A DNA stretch of 64,000 bases, taken from the NCBI GenBank assembly GCA_964106645.2, contig OZ067044.1; one strand, 5' to 3'. The notes below the pieces were generated by a model, which made no database searches, was not told the origin of the DNA, and saw only the letters and a program-made list of their open reading frames with translations. Origin of the DNA: Podarcis pityusensis (taxonomy: Eukaryota). Each line of letters starts with the position of its first letter. Within the stretch, counting starts at the first letter, position 1. Of the stretch, positions 63,262-64,000 are shown in pieces. The position numbers were made by a program, and so were the translations under genes.

Positions 63262-64000
63262 GTAAGGCCCTGGCTTTTGTCAGTGACTGTACTGTTAAGG
63301 TAATTTAAAAATTGATTAATTCTAAGTACTTTTACCACCAGACTGCCAAAAGAGGACCTGAATAGCACCTTTGGTCTGCAGTTTGTTTTACATCAAAAAC
63401 ACTTAATACTGTAAGATTAAACCAAGTTGAGGAACAGTTACCCAGAATATCTGTTATCTGATACCAGCCTTGGACTCATTGAAATAAATGGATCTACTTT
63501 GAGTATAACTTTGTTATCACCCTCCTTCTGCAAAAATACTTGTTTGTCATGTCACAATATCAAAGATGATAATAACTTTCTGTGAGTTAAATTCTCCAGT
63601 TTAAATTCCAAGGGGGGGAAAGAGCCTTTCCAAGAATTGCAGTTCCCTACCCTGGCCATTCAGCAATATAATTGTGTGCTTGGAAGCTACCAGTTACAAT
63701 TTACAGAGACACTGGCACAAGAATCACTAAGGAGATTTTTACTGGAAAGGTTTAAGAATCGGCATTCTCATTTGTGTGTGTGGGGGGGGGTAGTTTTTAA
63801 ACTTATTTTTTCAGTTTCTAAAAACACTTAAACAATCTCCATATATCCCACCCCCTATAAACATTCATTTCATACACAATGTAGCTTATATAGTCAAACA
63901 TGAAGCAGATATGTAACAATAATTACACTCTGTTAAGTGTCTTGTACTCTATACGGCTTGTCCATGAGTGAGTTGTGGGTATTCTTGATTGCATCTTTTC

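Overview
Eukaryotic, vertebrate DNA, most likely a squamate and probably a lacertid-type lizard, judged from Sauria SINEs plus L2, CR1, hAT and Tc1/mariner repeats. The whole window lies inside one + strand gene, the P4-ATPase lipid flippase ATP9B. I mapped 14 internal coding exons by hand, from 735 to 63261. All have AG..GT boundaries and splice into one uninterrupted frame of 1694 nt (about 565 aa). That frame runs from the A-domain DGET motif through TM3/TM4 (PISL), the DKTGT phosphorylation site, the N-domain and TGDK. The start and stop codons lie outside the window. Introns hold many retroposons, MITEs, microsatellites and five N-runs. There is no prokaryotic system (CRISPR, operon, rRNA or tRNA gene). 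The most interesting unexplained signals are: (1) a polypyrimidine-CAG/GTAAGT site in the intron that splits the catalytic DKT|GT motif, which could be a recursive splice site or an in-frame 30-nt microexon that breaks the motif; (2) odd-length N-runs, one pair separated by only 12 bp, inside enhancer-like sequence, possibly hard-masked ultraconserved elements; (3) a CpG-rich 109-bp tandem array of alternating inverted modules; (4) inverted Sauria SINEs bracketing an in-frame exon pair (circRNA or skipping candidate). All four are hypotheses that need the checks stated.
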